Source: Eledone cirrhosa
Lineage: Eukaryota
Direction: 5' to 3'
Assembly (NCBI GenBank): GCA_964016885.1
Contig: OZ024744.1
Location: 111,166,001 to 111,230,000 of the forward strand
Length of the DNA: 64,000 nucleotides
Part shown: positions 1-16,000 of the stretch, one piece after another
How positions within the stretch are numbered: position 1 is the first letter of the stretch
Layout: every line of letters begins with the position of its first letter
Notes under the pieces: model-generated
Told to the model about the DNA's origin: nothing
What the model saw: only the letters and a program-made list of their open reading frames with translations
The model's database searches: none
Made by a program: the position numbers and the translations under genes

Positions 1-3000
1 AGTAAAACTACACAATCCACTATAACTTACTTTGCCATGAACACAGTAAAATTACACAATCCACTACAACTTACCTTGCACTGAACACAGTAAAACTACA
101 CAATCCACTATAAATTACCTTCCTCTGAACACAGTAAAACTACACAATCCACTATAACTTAACTGGCCCTGAACACAGTAACACTACACAATCCACTCTA
201 ACTTACCTTGCCCAGAATAAAGTATAACTACGTAATCCACTATACCTTACCTTGCCCTGAACACAGTCAAACTACACAATCCACTATAGCTTACATTGCT
301 CTGAACACAGTAAAACTAAACAATCCACTATAGCTTACCTTGCCCTGAACACAGTAAAACTACACAATCCACTATAGCTTGCCTTGCCCTGAACACAGAA
401 AAACTAAACAATCCACTATAACTTACATTGCCCTGAACACAGTAAAACTACACAATCCACTATAAATTACCTTGCTCTGAACACAGTAAACCTACACAAT
501 CCACTATAAATTACCTTGCCCTGAACACAGTAAAACTACACCATCCACTATAAGTTACCTTGCTCTGAACACAGTAAAACAACACAATCCGCTATAACTT
601 AACTGGCCCTGAACACAGTAAAACTACACAATCCACTATAACTTACCATGCCCTGAACACAGTAAAACTAAACAATCCACTATAACTTACATTGCCCTGA
701 ACACAGTAAAATTACACAAACCACTATAAATTACCTTGCCCGGAACACAGTAAAACTACACAATCCACTATAGTTTACCTTGCCCTGAACACAGTAAAAC
801 TACACAATCCACTATAAATTACCTTGCCCTGAGCACAGTAAAACTACACAATCCACTATAGCTTACATTGCTCTGAACACAGTAAAACTACACAATCCAT
901 TATAGCTTACCTTGCCCTGAAAACAGTGGAACTACACAATCCACTATAAATTACCTTGCCCTGAACACAGTAAAACTACACAATCCACTATAACTTACCT
1001 TGCTCTGAACACAGTAAAACTACACAATCCACTATAACTTACTTTGCCATGAACACAGGAAAAATACACAATCCACTATAACTTACCTTGCACTGAACAC
1101 AGTAAAACTACACAATCTACTATAGTTTACCTTGCCCTGAACACAGTAAAACTACACAATCCACTATAACGTACCTTGCCCTGAACACAGTAAAACTACT
1201 TAATTCACTATAACTTACCTTGCTCTGAACACAGTAAAACTACACAATCCACTATACCTTACCTTGCCCTGAACACAGTAAAACTACACAATCCACTATA
1301 GCTTACATTGCTCTGAACACAGTAAAACTACACAATGCACTATAACTTACTTTGCCATGAACACAGTAAAACTACACAATCCACTATAACGTACCTTTCC
1401 CTGAACACAGTAAAACTACTTAATTCACTATAACTTACCTTGCTCTGAACACAGTAAAACTACACAGTCCACTATACCTTACCTTGCCCTGAACACAGCA
1501 AAACTACACAATCCACTATAAATTACCTTGCCCTGAACACAGTAAAACTACACAATCCACTATTACTTACCTTGCCCTGAACACAGAATAACTACACAAT
1601 CCACTATAACTTAACTGGCCCTGAACACAGTAAAACTACACAATCCACTATTACTTACCTTGCTCTGAACACAGTAAAACTACACAATCCACTATTACTT
1701 ACCTTGCTCTGAACACAGACAAACTACACAATCCAGTATAACTTACTTTGCCATGAACACAGTAAAACTACACAATCCACTATTACTTACCTTGCTCTGA
1801 ACACAGAAAAACTACACAATCCACTATAACTTACTTTGCCATGAACACAGTAAAACTACACAATCCACTATAAATTAACTGGCCCTGAACACAGTAACAC
1901 TACACAATCAACTATAACTTTCCTTGCTCTGAACACAGTAAAACTACACAATGCACTATAACTTAATTTGCCATGAACACAGTAAAACTACACAATCAAC
2001 TATAACTTACCTTGCACTGAACACAGTAAAACTACACAATCCACTATAAATTACCTTGTTCTGAACACAGTAAAACTACACAATCCACTCTAACTTACCT
2101 TGCCCAGAACAAAGTAAAACTACGTAATCCACTATACCTTACCTTGCCCTGAACACAGTGAAACTACACAATCCACTATAACTTACCTTGCTCTGAACAC
2201 AATAAAACTACACAATCCACTATAAATTACCTTGCTCTGAACACAATAAAACTACACAATCCACTATAACTTAACTGGCCCTGAACACAGTAAAACTACA
2301 CAATCCACTATAACTTACCTTGCCCTGAACACAGTAAAACTACACAATCCACTATAACAAACATTACCCTTAACACGGTAAATCTACACAAACCACTATA
2401 AATTACCTTGCCCTGAACACAGTAAAACTACATAATCCACTATAGTTTACCTTGCCCTGAACACAATAAAACTACACAATCCACTATAAATTACCTTGCC
2501 CTGAACACAGTAAAACTACACAATCCACTATAACGTACCTTGCCCTGAACACAGTAAAACTACTTAATTCACTATAACTTAACTTGCTCTGAACACAGTA
2601 AAACTACACAATCCACAATACCTTACCTTGCCCTGAACACAGTAAAACTACACAATCCACTATAACTTACCTTGCCCTGAACACAGTAAAACTACACAAT
2701 CCTCTATAACTTACCTTGCTGTGAACACAGTAAAACTACACAATCCACTATGCCTTACCTTGCCCTGAACACAGTAAAACTACACAATCCACTATAACTT
2801 ACTTTGCCATGAACACAGTAAAATTACACAATCCACTACAACTTACCTTGCACTGAACACAGTAAAACTACACAATCCACTATAAATTACCTTCCTCTGA
2901 ACACAGTAAAACTACACAATCCACTATAACTTAACTGGCCCTGAACACAGTAACACTACACAATCCACTCTAACTTACCTTGCCCAGAATAAAGTATAAC

Positions 3001-4092
3001 TACGTAATCCACTATACCTTACCTTGCCCTGAACACAGTCAAACTACACAATCCACTATAGCTTACATTGCTCTGAACACAGTAAAACTAAACAATCCAC
3101 TATAGCTTACCTTGCCCTGAACACAGTAAAACTACACAATCCACTATAGCTTGCCTTGCCCTGAACACAGAAAAACTAAACAATCCACTATAACTTACAT
3201 TGCCCTGAACACAGTAAAACTACACAATCCACTATAAATTACCTTGCTCTGAACACAGTAAACCTACACAATCCACTATAAATTACCTTGCCCTGAACAC
3301 AGTAAAACTACACCATCCACTATAAGTTACCTTGCTCTGAACACAGTAAAACAACACAATCCGCTATAACTTAACTGGCCCTGAACACAGTAAAACTACA
3401 CAATCCACTATAACTTACCATGCCCTGAACACAGTAAAACTAAACAATCCACTATAACTTACATTGCCCTGAACACAGTAAAATTACACAAACCACTATA
3501 AATTACCTTGCCCGGAACACAGTAAAACTACACAATCCACTATAGTTTACCTTGCCCTGAACACAGTAAAACTACACAATCCACTATAAATTACCTTGCC
3601 CTGAGCACAGTAAAACTACACAATCCACTATAGCTTACATTGCTCTGAACACAGTAAAACTACACAATCCATTATAGCTTACCTTGCCCTGAAAACAGTG
3701 GAACTACACAATCCACTATAAATTACCTTGCCCTGAACACAGTAAAACTACACAATCCACTATAACTTACCTTGCTCTGAACACAGTAAAACTACACAAT
3801 CCACTATAACTTACTTTGCCATGAACACAGGAAAAATACACAATCCACTATAACTTACCTTGCACTGAACACAGTAAAACTACACAATCTACTATAGTTT
3901 ACCTTGCCCTGAACACAGTAAAACTACACAATCCACTATAACGTACCTTGCCCTGAACACAGTAAAACTACTTAATTCACTATAACTTACCTTGCTCTGA
4001 ACACAGTAAAACTACACAATCCACTATACCTTACCTTGCCCTGAACACAGTAAAACTACACAATCCACTATAGCTTACATTGCTCTGAACAC
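1..4092. repeat. Higher-order duplication, offset 2772 bp (63 monomers)
   Basis: Rare variants recur at exactly +2772: CCCAGAATAAAGTATAAC at 211 and 2983, CTGAGCACAG at 829 and 3601. About 1-1320 matches 2773-4092. Confidence 0.9.
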
Positions 4093-7000
4093 AGTAAAAC
4101 TACACAATCCACTATAAATTACCTTGCCCTGAACACAGTAAAACTACACAATCCACTATTACTTACCTTGCCCTGAACACAGAATAACTACACAATCCAC
4201 TATAACTTAACTGGTCCTGAACACAGTAAAACTACACAATCCACTATTATTTACCTTGCTCTGAACACAGAAATACTACACAATCCACTATAACTTACTT
4301 TGCCATGAACACAGTAAAACTACACAATCCACTATTACTTACCTTGCTCTGAACACAGAAAAACTACACAATCCACTATAACTTACTTTGCCATGAACAC
4401 AGTAAAACTACACAATCCACTATAACTTAACTGGCCCTGAACACAGTAACACTACACAATCAACTATAACTTACCTTGCTCTGAACACATTAAAACTACA
4501 CAATGCACTATAACTTACTTTGCCATGAACACAGTAAAACTACACAATCCACTATTACTTACCTTGCTCTGAACACAGTAAAACTACACAATCCACTATT
4601 ACTTACCTTGCTCTGAACACAGACAAACTACACAATCCACTATAGCTTACATTGCTCTGAACACAGTAAAACTACACAATCCACTATAGCTTACCTTGCC
4701 CTGAACACAGTAAAACTACACAATCCACTATAAATTACCTTGCTCTGAACACAGTAAAATTACACAATCCACTATAACTTACCTTGCTCTGAACACAGTA
4801 AACCTACACAATCCACTATAAATTACCTTGCCCTGAACACAGTAAAACTACACAATCCACTATAAGTTACCTTGCTCTGAACACAGTAAAACAACACAAT
4901 CCACTATAACTTAACTGGCCCTGAACACAGTAAAGCTACACAATCCACTATAACTTACCATGCCCTGAACACAGTAAAACTAAACAATCCACTATAACTT
5001 ACATTGCCCTGAACCCAGTAAAATTACACAAACCACTATAAATTACCTTGCCCGGAGCACAGTAAAACTACACAATCCACTATAGTTTACCTTGCCCTGA
5101 AAACAGCAAAACTACACAATCCACTATAAATTACCTTGCCCTGAACACAGTAAAACTACACAATCCACTATTACTTACCTTGCTCTGAACACAGTAAAAC
5201 TACACAATCCACTATTACTTACCTTGCTCTGAACACAGAAAAACTACACAATCCACTATAACTTACTTTGCCATGAACACAGTAAAACTACACAATCCAC
5301 TATTACTTACCTTGCTCTGAACACAGAAAAACTACACAATCCACTATAACTTACTTTGCCATGAACACAGTAAAACTACACAATCCACTATAACTTAACT
5401 GGCTCTGAACACAGTAACACTACACAATCAACTATAACTTACCTTGCTCTGAACACAGTAAAACTACACAATGCACTATAACTTACTTTGCCATGAACAC
5501 AGTAAAACTACACAATCCACTATAACTTACCTTGCACTGAACACAGTAAAACTACACAATCCACTATAAATTACCTTGTTCTGAACACAGTAAAACTACA
5601 CAATCCACTCTAACTTACCTTGCCCAGAACAAAGTAAAACTACGTAATCCACTATACCTTACCTTGCCCTGAACACAGTGAAACTACACAATCCACTATA
5701 ACTTACCTTGCTCTGAACACAGTAAAACTACACAATCCACTATACCTTACCTTGCCCTGAACACAGTAAAACTACATAATCCACTATAGTTTACCTTGCC
5801 CTGAACACAATAAAACTACACAATCCACTATAAATTACCTTGCTCTGAACACAATAAAACTACACAATCCACTATAACTTAACTGGCCCTGAACACAGTA
5901 AAACTACACAATCCACTATAACTTACCTTACCCTGAACACAGTAAAACTACACAATCCACTATAACAAACATTGCCCTGAACACGGTAAAACTACACAAA
6001 CCACTATAAATTACCTTGCCCTGAACACAGTAAAACTACATAATCCACTATAGTTTACCTTGCCCTGAACACAATAAAACTACACAATCCACTATAAATT
6101 ACCTTGCCCTGAACACAGTAAAACTACACAATCCACTATAACGTACCTTGCCCTGTACACAGTAAAACTACTTAATTCACTATACCTTACCTTGCCCTGA
6201 ACACAGTAAAACTACACAATCCACTATAACTTACCTTGCCCTAAACACAGTAAAACTACACAATCCTCTATAACTTACCTTGCTGTGAACACAGTAAAAC
6301 TACACAATCCACTATGCCTTACCTTGCCCTGAACACAGTAAAACTACACAATCCACTATAACTTACTTTGACATGAACACAGTAAAACTACACAATCCAC
6401 TACAACTTACCTTGCACTGAACACAGTAAAACTACACAATCCACTATAAATTACCTTCCTCTGAACACAGTAAAACTACACAATCCACTATAACTTAACT
6501 GGCCCTGAACACGGTAACACTACACAATCCACTCTAACTTACCTTGCCCAGAACAAATTATAACTACGTAATCCACTATACCTTACCTTGCCCTGAACAC
6601 AGTCAAACTACACAATCCACTATAGCTTACATTGCTCTGAACACAGTAAAACTACACAATCCACTATAGCTTACCTTGCCCTGAACACAGTAAAACTACA
6701 CAATCCACTATAAATTACCTTGCTCTGAACACAGTAAAATTACACAATCCACTATAACTTACCTTGCTCTGAACACAGTAAACCTACACAATCCACTATA
6801 AATTACCTTGCCCTGAACACAGTAAAACTACACTATCCACTATAAGTTACCTTGCTCTGAACACAGTAAAACAACACAATCCACTATAACTTAACTGGCC
6901 CTGAACACAGTAAAACTACACAATCCACTATAACTTACCATGCCCTGAACACAGTAAAACTAAACAATCCACTATAACTTACATTGCCCTGAACACAGTA

Positions 7001-10000
7001 AAATTACACAAACCACTATAAATTACCTTGCCCGGAACACAGTAAAACTACACAATCCACTATAGTTTACCTTGCCCTGAACACAGTAAAACTACACAAT
7101 CCACTATTACTTACCTTGCTCTGAACACAGTAAAACTACACAATCCACTATTACTTACCTTGCTCTGAACACAGAAAAACTACACAATCAACTATAACTT
7201 ACTTTGCCATGAACACAGTAAAACTACACAATCCACTATTACTTACCTTGCTCTGAACACAGAAAAACTACACAATCCACTATAACTTACTTTGCCATGA
7301 ACACAGTAAAACTACACAATCCACTATAACTTAACTGGCCCTGAACACAGTAACACTACACAATCAACTATAACTTACCTTGCTCTGAACACAGTAAAAC
7401 TACACAATGCACTATAACTTACCTTGCACTGAACACAGTAAAACTACACAATCCACTATAAATTACCTTGTTCTGAACACAGTAAAACTACACAATCCAC
7501 TCTAAATTACCTTGCCCAGAACAAAGTAAAACTATGTAATCCACTATACCTTACCTTGCCCTGAACACAGTGAAACTACACAATCCACTATAACTTACCT
7601 TGCTCTGAACACAGTAAAACTACACAATCCACTATACCTTACCTTGCCCTGAACACAGTAAAACTACATAATCCACTATAGTTTACCTTACCCTGAACAC
7701 AATAAAACTACACAATCCACTATAAATTACCTTGCTCTGAACACAATAAAACTACACAATCCACTATAACTTAACTGGCCCTGAACACAGTAAAACTACA
7801 CAATTCACTATAACTTACCTTACCCTGAACACAGTAAAACTACACAATCCACTATAACAAACATTGCCCTGAACACGGTAAAACTACACAAACCACTATA
7901 AATTACCTTGCCCTGAACACAGTAAAACTACATAATCCACTATAGTTTACCTTGCCCTGAACACAATAAAACTACACAATCCACTATAAATTACCTTGCC
8001 CTGAACACAGTAAAACTACACAATCCACTATAACGTACCTTGCCCTGAACACAGTAAAACTACTTAATTCACTATAACTTACCTTGCTCTGAACACAGTA
8101 AAACTACACAATCCACTATACCTTACCTTGCCCTGAACACAGTAAAACTACACAATCCACTATAACTTACCTTGCCCTGAACACAGTAAAACTACACAAT
8201 CCTCTATAACTTACCTTGCTGTGAACACAGTAAAACTACACAATCCACTATGCCTTACCTTGCCCTGAACACAGTAAAACTACACAATCCACTATTACTT
8301 ACATTGCTCTGAACACAGAAAAACTACACAATCCACTATTACTTACATTGCTCTGAACACAGAAAAACTACACAATCCACTACAACTTACCTTGCACTGA
8401 ACAGAGTAAAACTACACAATCCACTATAAATTACCTTCCTCTGAACACAGTAAAACTACACAATCCACTATAACTTAACTGGCCCTGAACACGGTAACAC
8501 TACACAATCCACTCTAACTTACCTTGCCCAGAACAAAGTATAACTACGTAATCCACTATACCTTACCTTGCCCTGAACACAGTCAAACTACACAATCCAC
8601 TATAGCTTACATTGCTCTGAACACAGTAAAACTACACAATCCACTATAGCTTACCTTGCCCTGAACACAGTAAAACTACACAATCCACTATAAATTACCT
8701 TGCTCTGAACACAGTAAAATTACACAATCCACTATAACTTACCTTGCTCTGAACACAGTAAACCTACACAATCCACTATAAATTACCTTGCCCTGAACAC
8801 AGTAAAACTACACAATCCACTATAAGTTACCTTGCTCTGAACACAGTAAAACAACACAATCCACTATAACTTAACTGGCCCTGAACACAGTAAAACTACA
8901 CAATCCACTATAACTTACCATGCCCTGAACACAGTAAAACTAAACAATCCACTATAACTTACATTGCCCTGAACACAGTAAAATTACACAAACCACTATA
9001 AATTACCTTGCCCGGAACACAGTAAAACTACACAATCCACTATAGTTTACCTTGCCCTGAACACAGTAAAACTACACAATCCACTATTACTTACCTTGCT
9101 CTGAACACAGTAAAACTACACAATCCACTATTACTTACCTTGCTCTGAACACAGAAAAACTACACAATCCACTATAACTTACTTTGCCATGAACACAGTA
9201 AAACTACACAATCCACTATTACTTACCTTGCTCTGAACACAGAAAAACTACACAATCCACTATAACTTACTTTGCCATGAACACAGTAAAACTACACAAT
9301 CCACTATAACTTAACTGGCCCTGAACACAGTAACACTACACAATCCACTATAAATTACCTTGCTCTGAACACAGTAAAACTACACAATCCACTATAACTT
9401 ACCTTGCTCTGAACACAGTAAAACTACACAATCCACTATAACTTACCTTGCTCTGAACACAGTAAAACTACACAATCCACTATAACTTACTTTGCCATGA
9501 ACACAGTAAAACTATACAATCTACTATAACTTACCCTGCACTGAACACAGTAAAACTACACAATCCACTATAGTTTACCTTGCCCTGAACACAGTAAAAC
9601 TACACAATCCACTATAACGTACCTTTCCCTGAACACAGTAAAACTACTTAATTCACTATAACTTACCTTGCTCTGAACACAGTAAAACTACACAATCCAC
9701 TATACCTTACCTTGCCCTGAACACAGTAAAACTACACAATCCACTCTAGCTTACATTGCTCTGAACACAGTAAAACTACACAATCCACTATAAATTACCT
9801 TGCCCTGAACACAGTAAAACTACACAATCCACTATTACTTACCTTGCCCTGAACACAGAATAACTACACAATCCACTATAACTTAACTGGCCCTGAACAC
9901 AGTAAAACTACACAATCCAGTATAACTTACTTTGCCATGAACACAGTAAAACTACACAATCCACTATTACTTACCTTGCTCTGAACACAGAAAAACTACA

Positions 10001-13000
10001 CAATCCACTATAACTTACTTTGCCATGAACACAGTAAAACTACACAATCCACTATAACTTAACTGGCCCTGAACACAGTAACACTACACAATCAACTATA
10101 ACTTACCTTGCTCTGAACACAGTAAAACTACACAATGCACTATAACTTAATTTGCCATGAACACAGTAAAACTACACAATCCACTATAACTTACCTTGCA
10201 CTGAACACAGTAATACTACACAATCCACTATAAATTACCTTGTTCTGAACACAGTAAAACTACTCAATCCACTCTAACTTACCTTGCCCAGAACAAAGTA
10301 AAACTACGTAATCCACTATACCTTACCTTGCCCTGAACACAGTGAAACTACACAATCCACTATAACTTACCTTGCTCTGAACACAATAAAACTACACAAT
10401 CCACTATAAATTAACTTGCTCTGAACACAATAAAACTACACAATCCACTATAACTTAACTGGCCCTGAACACAGTAAAACTACACAATCCACTATAACTT
10501 ACCTTGCCCTGAACACAGTAAAACTACACAATCCACTATAACAAACATTGCCCTTAACACGGTAAATCTACACAAACCACTATAAATTACCTTGCCCTGA
10601 ACACAGTAATACTACATAATCCACTATAGTTTACCTTGCCCTGAACACAATAAAACTACACAATCCACTATAAATTACCTTGCCCTGAACACAGTAAAAC
10701 TACACAATCCACTATAACATACCTTGCCCTGAACACAGTAAAACTACTTAATTCACTATAACTTAACTTGCTCTGAACACAGTAAAACTACACAATCCAC
10801 AATACCTTAGCTTGCCCTGAACACAGTAAAACTACACAATCCACTATAACTTACCTTGCCCTGAACACAGTAAAACTACACAATCCTCTATAACTTACCT
10901 TGCTGTGAACACAGTAAAACTACACAATCCACTATGCCTTACCTTGCCCTGAACACAGTAAAACTACACAATCCACTATAACTTACTTTGCCATGAACAC
11001 AGTAAAATTACACAATCCACTACAACTTACCTTGCACTGAACACAGTAAAACTACACAATCCACTATAAATTACCTTCCTCTGAACACAGTAAAACTACA
11101 CAATCCACTATAACTTAACTGGCCCTGAACACAGTAACACTACACAATCCACTCTAACTTACCTTGCCCAGAACAAAGTATAACTACGTAATCCACTATA
11201 CCTTACCTTGCCCTGAACACAGTCAAACTACACAATCCACTATAGCTTACATTGCTCTGAACACAGTAAAACTAAACAATCCACTATAGCTTACCTTGCC
11301 CTGAACACAGTAAAACTACACAATCCACTATAGCTTACCTTGCCCTGAACACAGAAAAACTAAACAATCCACTATAACTTACATTGCCCTGAACACAGTA
11401 AAACTACACAATCCACTATAAATTACCTTGCTCTGAACACAGTAAACCTACACAATCCACTATAAATTACCTTGCCCTGAACACAGTAAAACTACACCAT
11501 CCACTATAAGTTACCTTGCTCTGAACACAGTAAAACAACACAATCCACTATAACTTAACTGGCCCTGAACACAGTAAAACTACACAATCCACTATAACTT
11601 ACCATGCCCTGAACACAGTAAAACTAAACAATCCACTATAACTTACATTTCCCTGAACACAGTAAAATTACACAAACCACTATAAATTACCTTGCCCGGA
11701 ACACAGTAAAACTACACAATCCACTATAGTTTACCTTGCCCTGAACACAGTAAAACTACACAATCCACTATAACTTAACTGGCCCTGAACACAGTAAAAC
11801 TACACAATCCACTATAACTTACCTTGCCCTGGACACAGTAAAACTACACAATCCACTACAACTTACCTTGCTCTGAACACAGTAAAACTACACAATCCAC
11901 TATAACGTACCTTGGCCTGAACACAGTAAAACTACACAATCCACTATAGCTTACATTGCTCTGAACACAGTAAAACTACACAATCCATTATAGCTTACCT
12001 TGCCCTGAAAACAGTGGAACTACACAATCCACTATAAATTACCTTGCTCTGAACACAGTAAAACTACACAATCCACTATAACTTACCTTGCTCTGAACAC
12101 AGTAAAACTACACAATCCACTATAACTTACTTTGCCATGAACACAGTAAAACTACACAATCCACTATAACTTACCTTGCACTGAACACAGTAAAACTACA
12201 CAATCCACTATAGTTTACCTTGCCCTGAACACAGTAAAACTACACAATCCACTATAACGTACCTTGCCCTGAACACAGTAAAACTACTTAATTCACTATA
12301 ACTTACCTTGCTCTGAACACAGTAAAACTACACAATCCACTATACCTTACCTTGCCCTGAACACAGTAAAACTACACAATCCACTATAGCTTACATTGCT
12401 CTGAACACAGTAAAACTACACAATCCACTATAAATTACCTTGCCCTGAACACAGTAAAACTACACAATCCACTATTACTTACCTTGCCCTGAACACAGAA
12501 TAACTACACAATCCACTATAACTTAACTGGCCCTGAACACAGTAAAACTACACAATCCACTATTACTTACCTTGCTCTGAACACAGAAAAACTACACAAT
12601 CCACTATAACTTACTTTGCCATGAACACAGTAAAACTACACAATCCACTATAACTTAACTGGCCCTGAACACAGTAACACTACACAATCAACTATAACTT
12701 ACCTTGCTCTGAACACAGTAAAACTACACAATGCACTATAACTTACTTTGCCATGAACACAGTAAAACTACACAATCCACTATTACTTACCTTGCTCTGA
12801 ACACAGTAAAACTACACAATCCACTATTACTTACCTTGCTCTGAACACAGACAAACTACACAATCCACTATAACTTACTTTGCCATGAACACAGTAAAAC
12901 TACACAATCCACTATTACTTACCTTGCTCTGAACACAGAAAAACTACACAATCCACTATAACTTACTTTGCCATGAACACAGTAAAACTACACAATCCAC

Positions 13001-16000
13001 TATAACTTAACTGGCCTTGAACACAGTAACACTACACAATCAACTATAACTTACCTTGCTCTGAACACAGTAAAACTACACAATGCACTATAACTTACTT
13101 TGCCATGAACACAGTAAAACTACACAATCCACTATAACTTACCTTGCACTGAACACAGTAAAACTACACAATCCACTATAAATTACCTTGTTCTGAACAC
13201 AGTAAAACTACACAATCCACTCTAACTTACCTTGCCCAGAACAAAGTAAAACTACGTAATCCACTATACCTTACCTTGCCCTGAACACAGTGAAACTACA
13301 CAATCCACTATAACTTACCTTGCTCTGAACACAGTAAAACTACACAATCCACTATACCTTACCTTGCCCTGAACACAGTAAAACTACATAATCCACTATA
13401 GTTTACCTTGCCCTGAACACAATAAAACTACACAATCCACTATAAATTACCTTGCTCTGAACACAATAAAACTACACAATCCACTATAACTTAACTGGCC
13501 CTGAACACAGTAAAACTACACAATCCACTATAACTTACCTTGCCCTGAACACAGTAAAACTACACAATCCACTATAACAAACATTGCCCTTAACACGGTA
13601 AATCTACACAAACCACTATAAATTACCTTGCCCTGAACACAGTAAAACTACATAATCCACTATAGTTTACCTTGCCCTGAACACAATAAAACTACACAAT
13701 CCACAATACCTTACCTTGCCCTGAACACAGTAAAACTACACAATCCACTATAACTTACCTTGCCCTGAACACAGTAAAACTACACAATCCTCTATAACTT
13801 ACCTTGCTGTGAACACAGTAAAACTACACAATCCACTATGCCTTACCTTGCCCTGAACACAGTAAAACTACTCAATCCACTATAACTTACTTTGCCATGA
13901 ACACAGTAAAACTACACGATCCACTACAACTTACCTTGCACTGAACACAGTAAAACTACACAATCCACTATAAATTACCTTCCTCTGAACACAGTAACAC
14001 TACACAATCCACTCTAACTTACCTTGCCCAGAACAAAGTATAACTACGTAATCCACTATACCTTACCTTGCCCTGAACACAGTCAAACTACACAATCCAC
14101 TATAGCTTACATTGCTCTGAACACAGTAAAACTAAACAATCCACTATAGCTTACCTTGCCCTGAACACAGTAAAACTACACAATCCACTATAGCTTACCT
14201 TGCCCTGAATACAGAAAAACTAAACAATCCACTATAACTTACATTGCCCTGAACACAGTAAAACTACACAATCCACTATAAATTACCTTGCTCTGAACAC
14301 AGTAAAATTACACAATCCACTATAACTTACCTTGCTCTGAACACAGTAAACCTACACAATCCACTATAAATTACCTTGCCCTGAACACAGTAAAACTACA
14401 CAATCCACTATAAGTTACCTTGCTCTGAACACAGTAAAACAACACAATCCACTATAACTTAACTGGCCCTGAACACAGTAAAACTACACAATCCACTATA
14501 ACTTACCATGCCCTGAACACAGTAAAACTAAACAATCCACTATAACTTACATTGCCCTGAACACAGTAAAATTACACAAACCACTATAAATTACCTTGCC
14601 CGGAACACAGTAAAACTACACAATCCACTATAGTTTACCTTGCCCTGAACACAGTAAAACTACACAATCCACTATAAATTACCTTGCCCTGAACACAGTA
14701 AAACTACACAATCCACTATAACTTACCTTGCCCTGGACACAGTAAAACTACACAATCCACTATAACTTACCTTGCTCTGAACACAGTAAAACTACACAAT
14801 CCACTATACCTTACCTTGGCCTGAACACAGTAAAACTACACAATCCACTATAGCTTACATTGCTCTGAACACAGTAAAACTACACAATCCATTATAGCTT
14901 ACCTTGCCCTGAAAACAGTGGAACTACACAATCCACTATAAATTACCTTGCTCTGAACACAGTAAAACTACACAATCCACTATAACTTACCTTGCTCTGA
15001 ACACAGTAAAACTACACGATCCACTATAACTTACCTTGCTCTGAACACAGTAAAACTACACAATCCACTATACCTTACCTTGCCCTGAACACAGTGAAAC
15101 TACACAATCCACTATAACTTACCTTGCTCTGAACACAGTAAAACTACACAATCCACTATACCTTACCTTGCCCTGAACACAGTAAAACTACATAATCCAC
15201 TATAGTTTACCTTGCCCTGAACACAATAAAACTACACAATCCACTATAAATTACCTTGCTCTGAACACAATAAAACTACACAATCCACTATAACTTAACT
15301 GGCCCTGAACACAGTAAAACTACACAATCCACTATAACTTACCTTGCCCTGAACACAGTAAAACTACACAATCCACTATAACAAACATTGCCCTTAACAC
15401 GGTAAATCTACACAAACCACTATAAATTACCTTGCCCTGAACACAGTAAAACTACATAATCCACTATAGTTTACCTTGCCCTGAACACAATAAAACTACA
15501 CAATCCACTATAAATTACCTTGCCCTGAACACAGTAAAACTACACAATCCACTATAACGTACCTGGCCCTGAACACAGTAAAACTACTTAATTCACTATA
15601 ACTTACCTTGCTCTGAACACAGTAAAACTACACAATCCACAATACCTTACCTTGCCCTGAACACAGTAATACTACACAATCCACTATAACTTACCTTGCC
15701 CTGAACACAGTAATACTACACAATCCACTATAACTTACCTTGGCCTGAACACAGTAAAACTACACAATCCACTATGCCTTACCTTGCCCTGAACACAGTA
15801 AAACTACTCAATCCACTATAACTTACTTTGCCATGAACACAGTAAAACTACACAATCCACTATAAATTACCTTCCTCTGAACACAGTAACACTACACAAT
15901 CCACTCTAACTTACCTTGCCCAGAACAAAGTATAACTACGTAATCCACTATACCTTACCTTGCCCTGAACACAGTCAAACTACACAATCCACTATAGCTT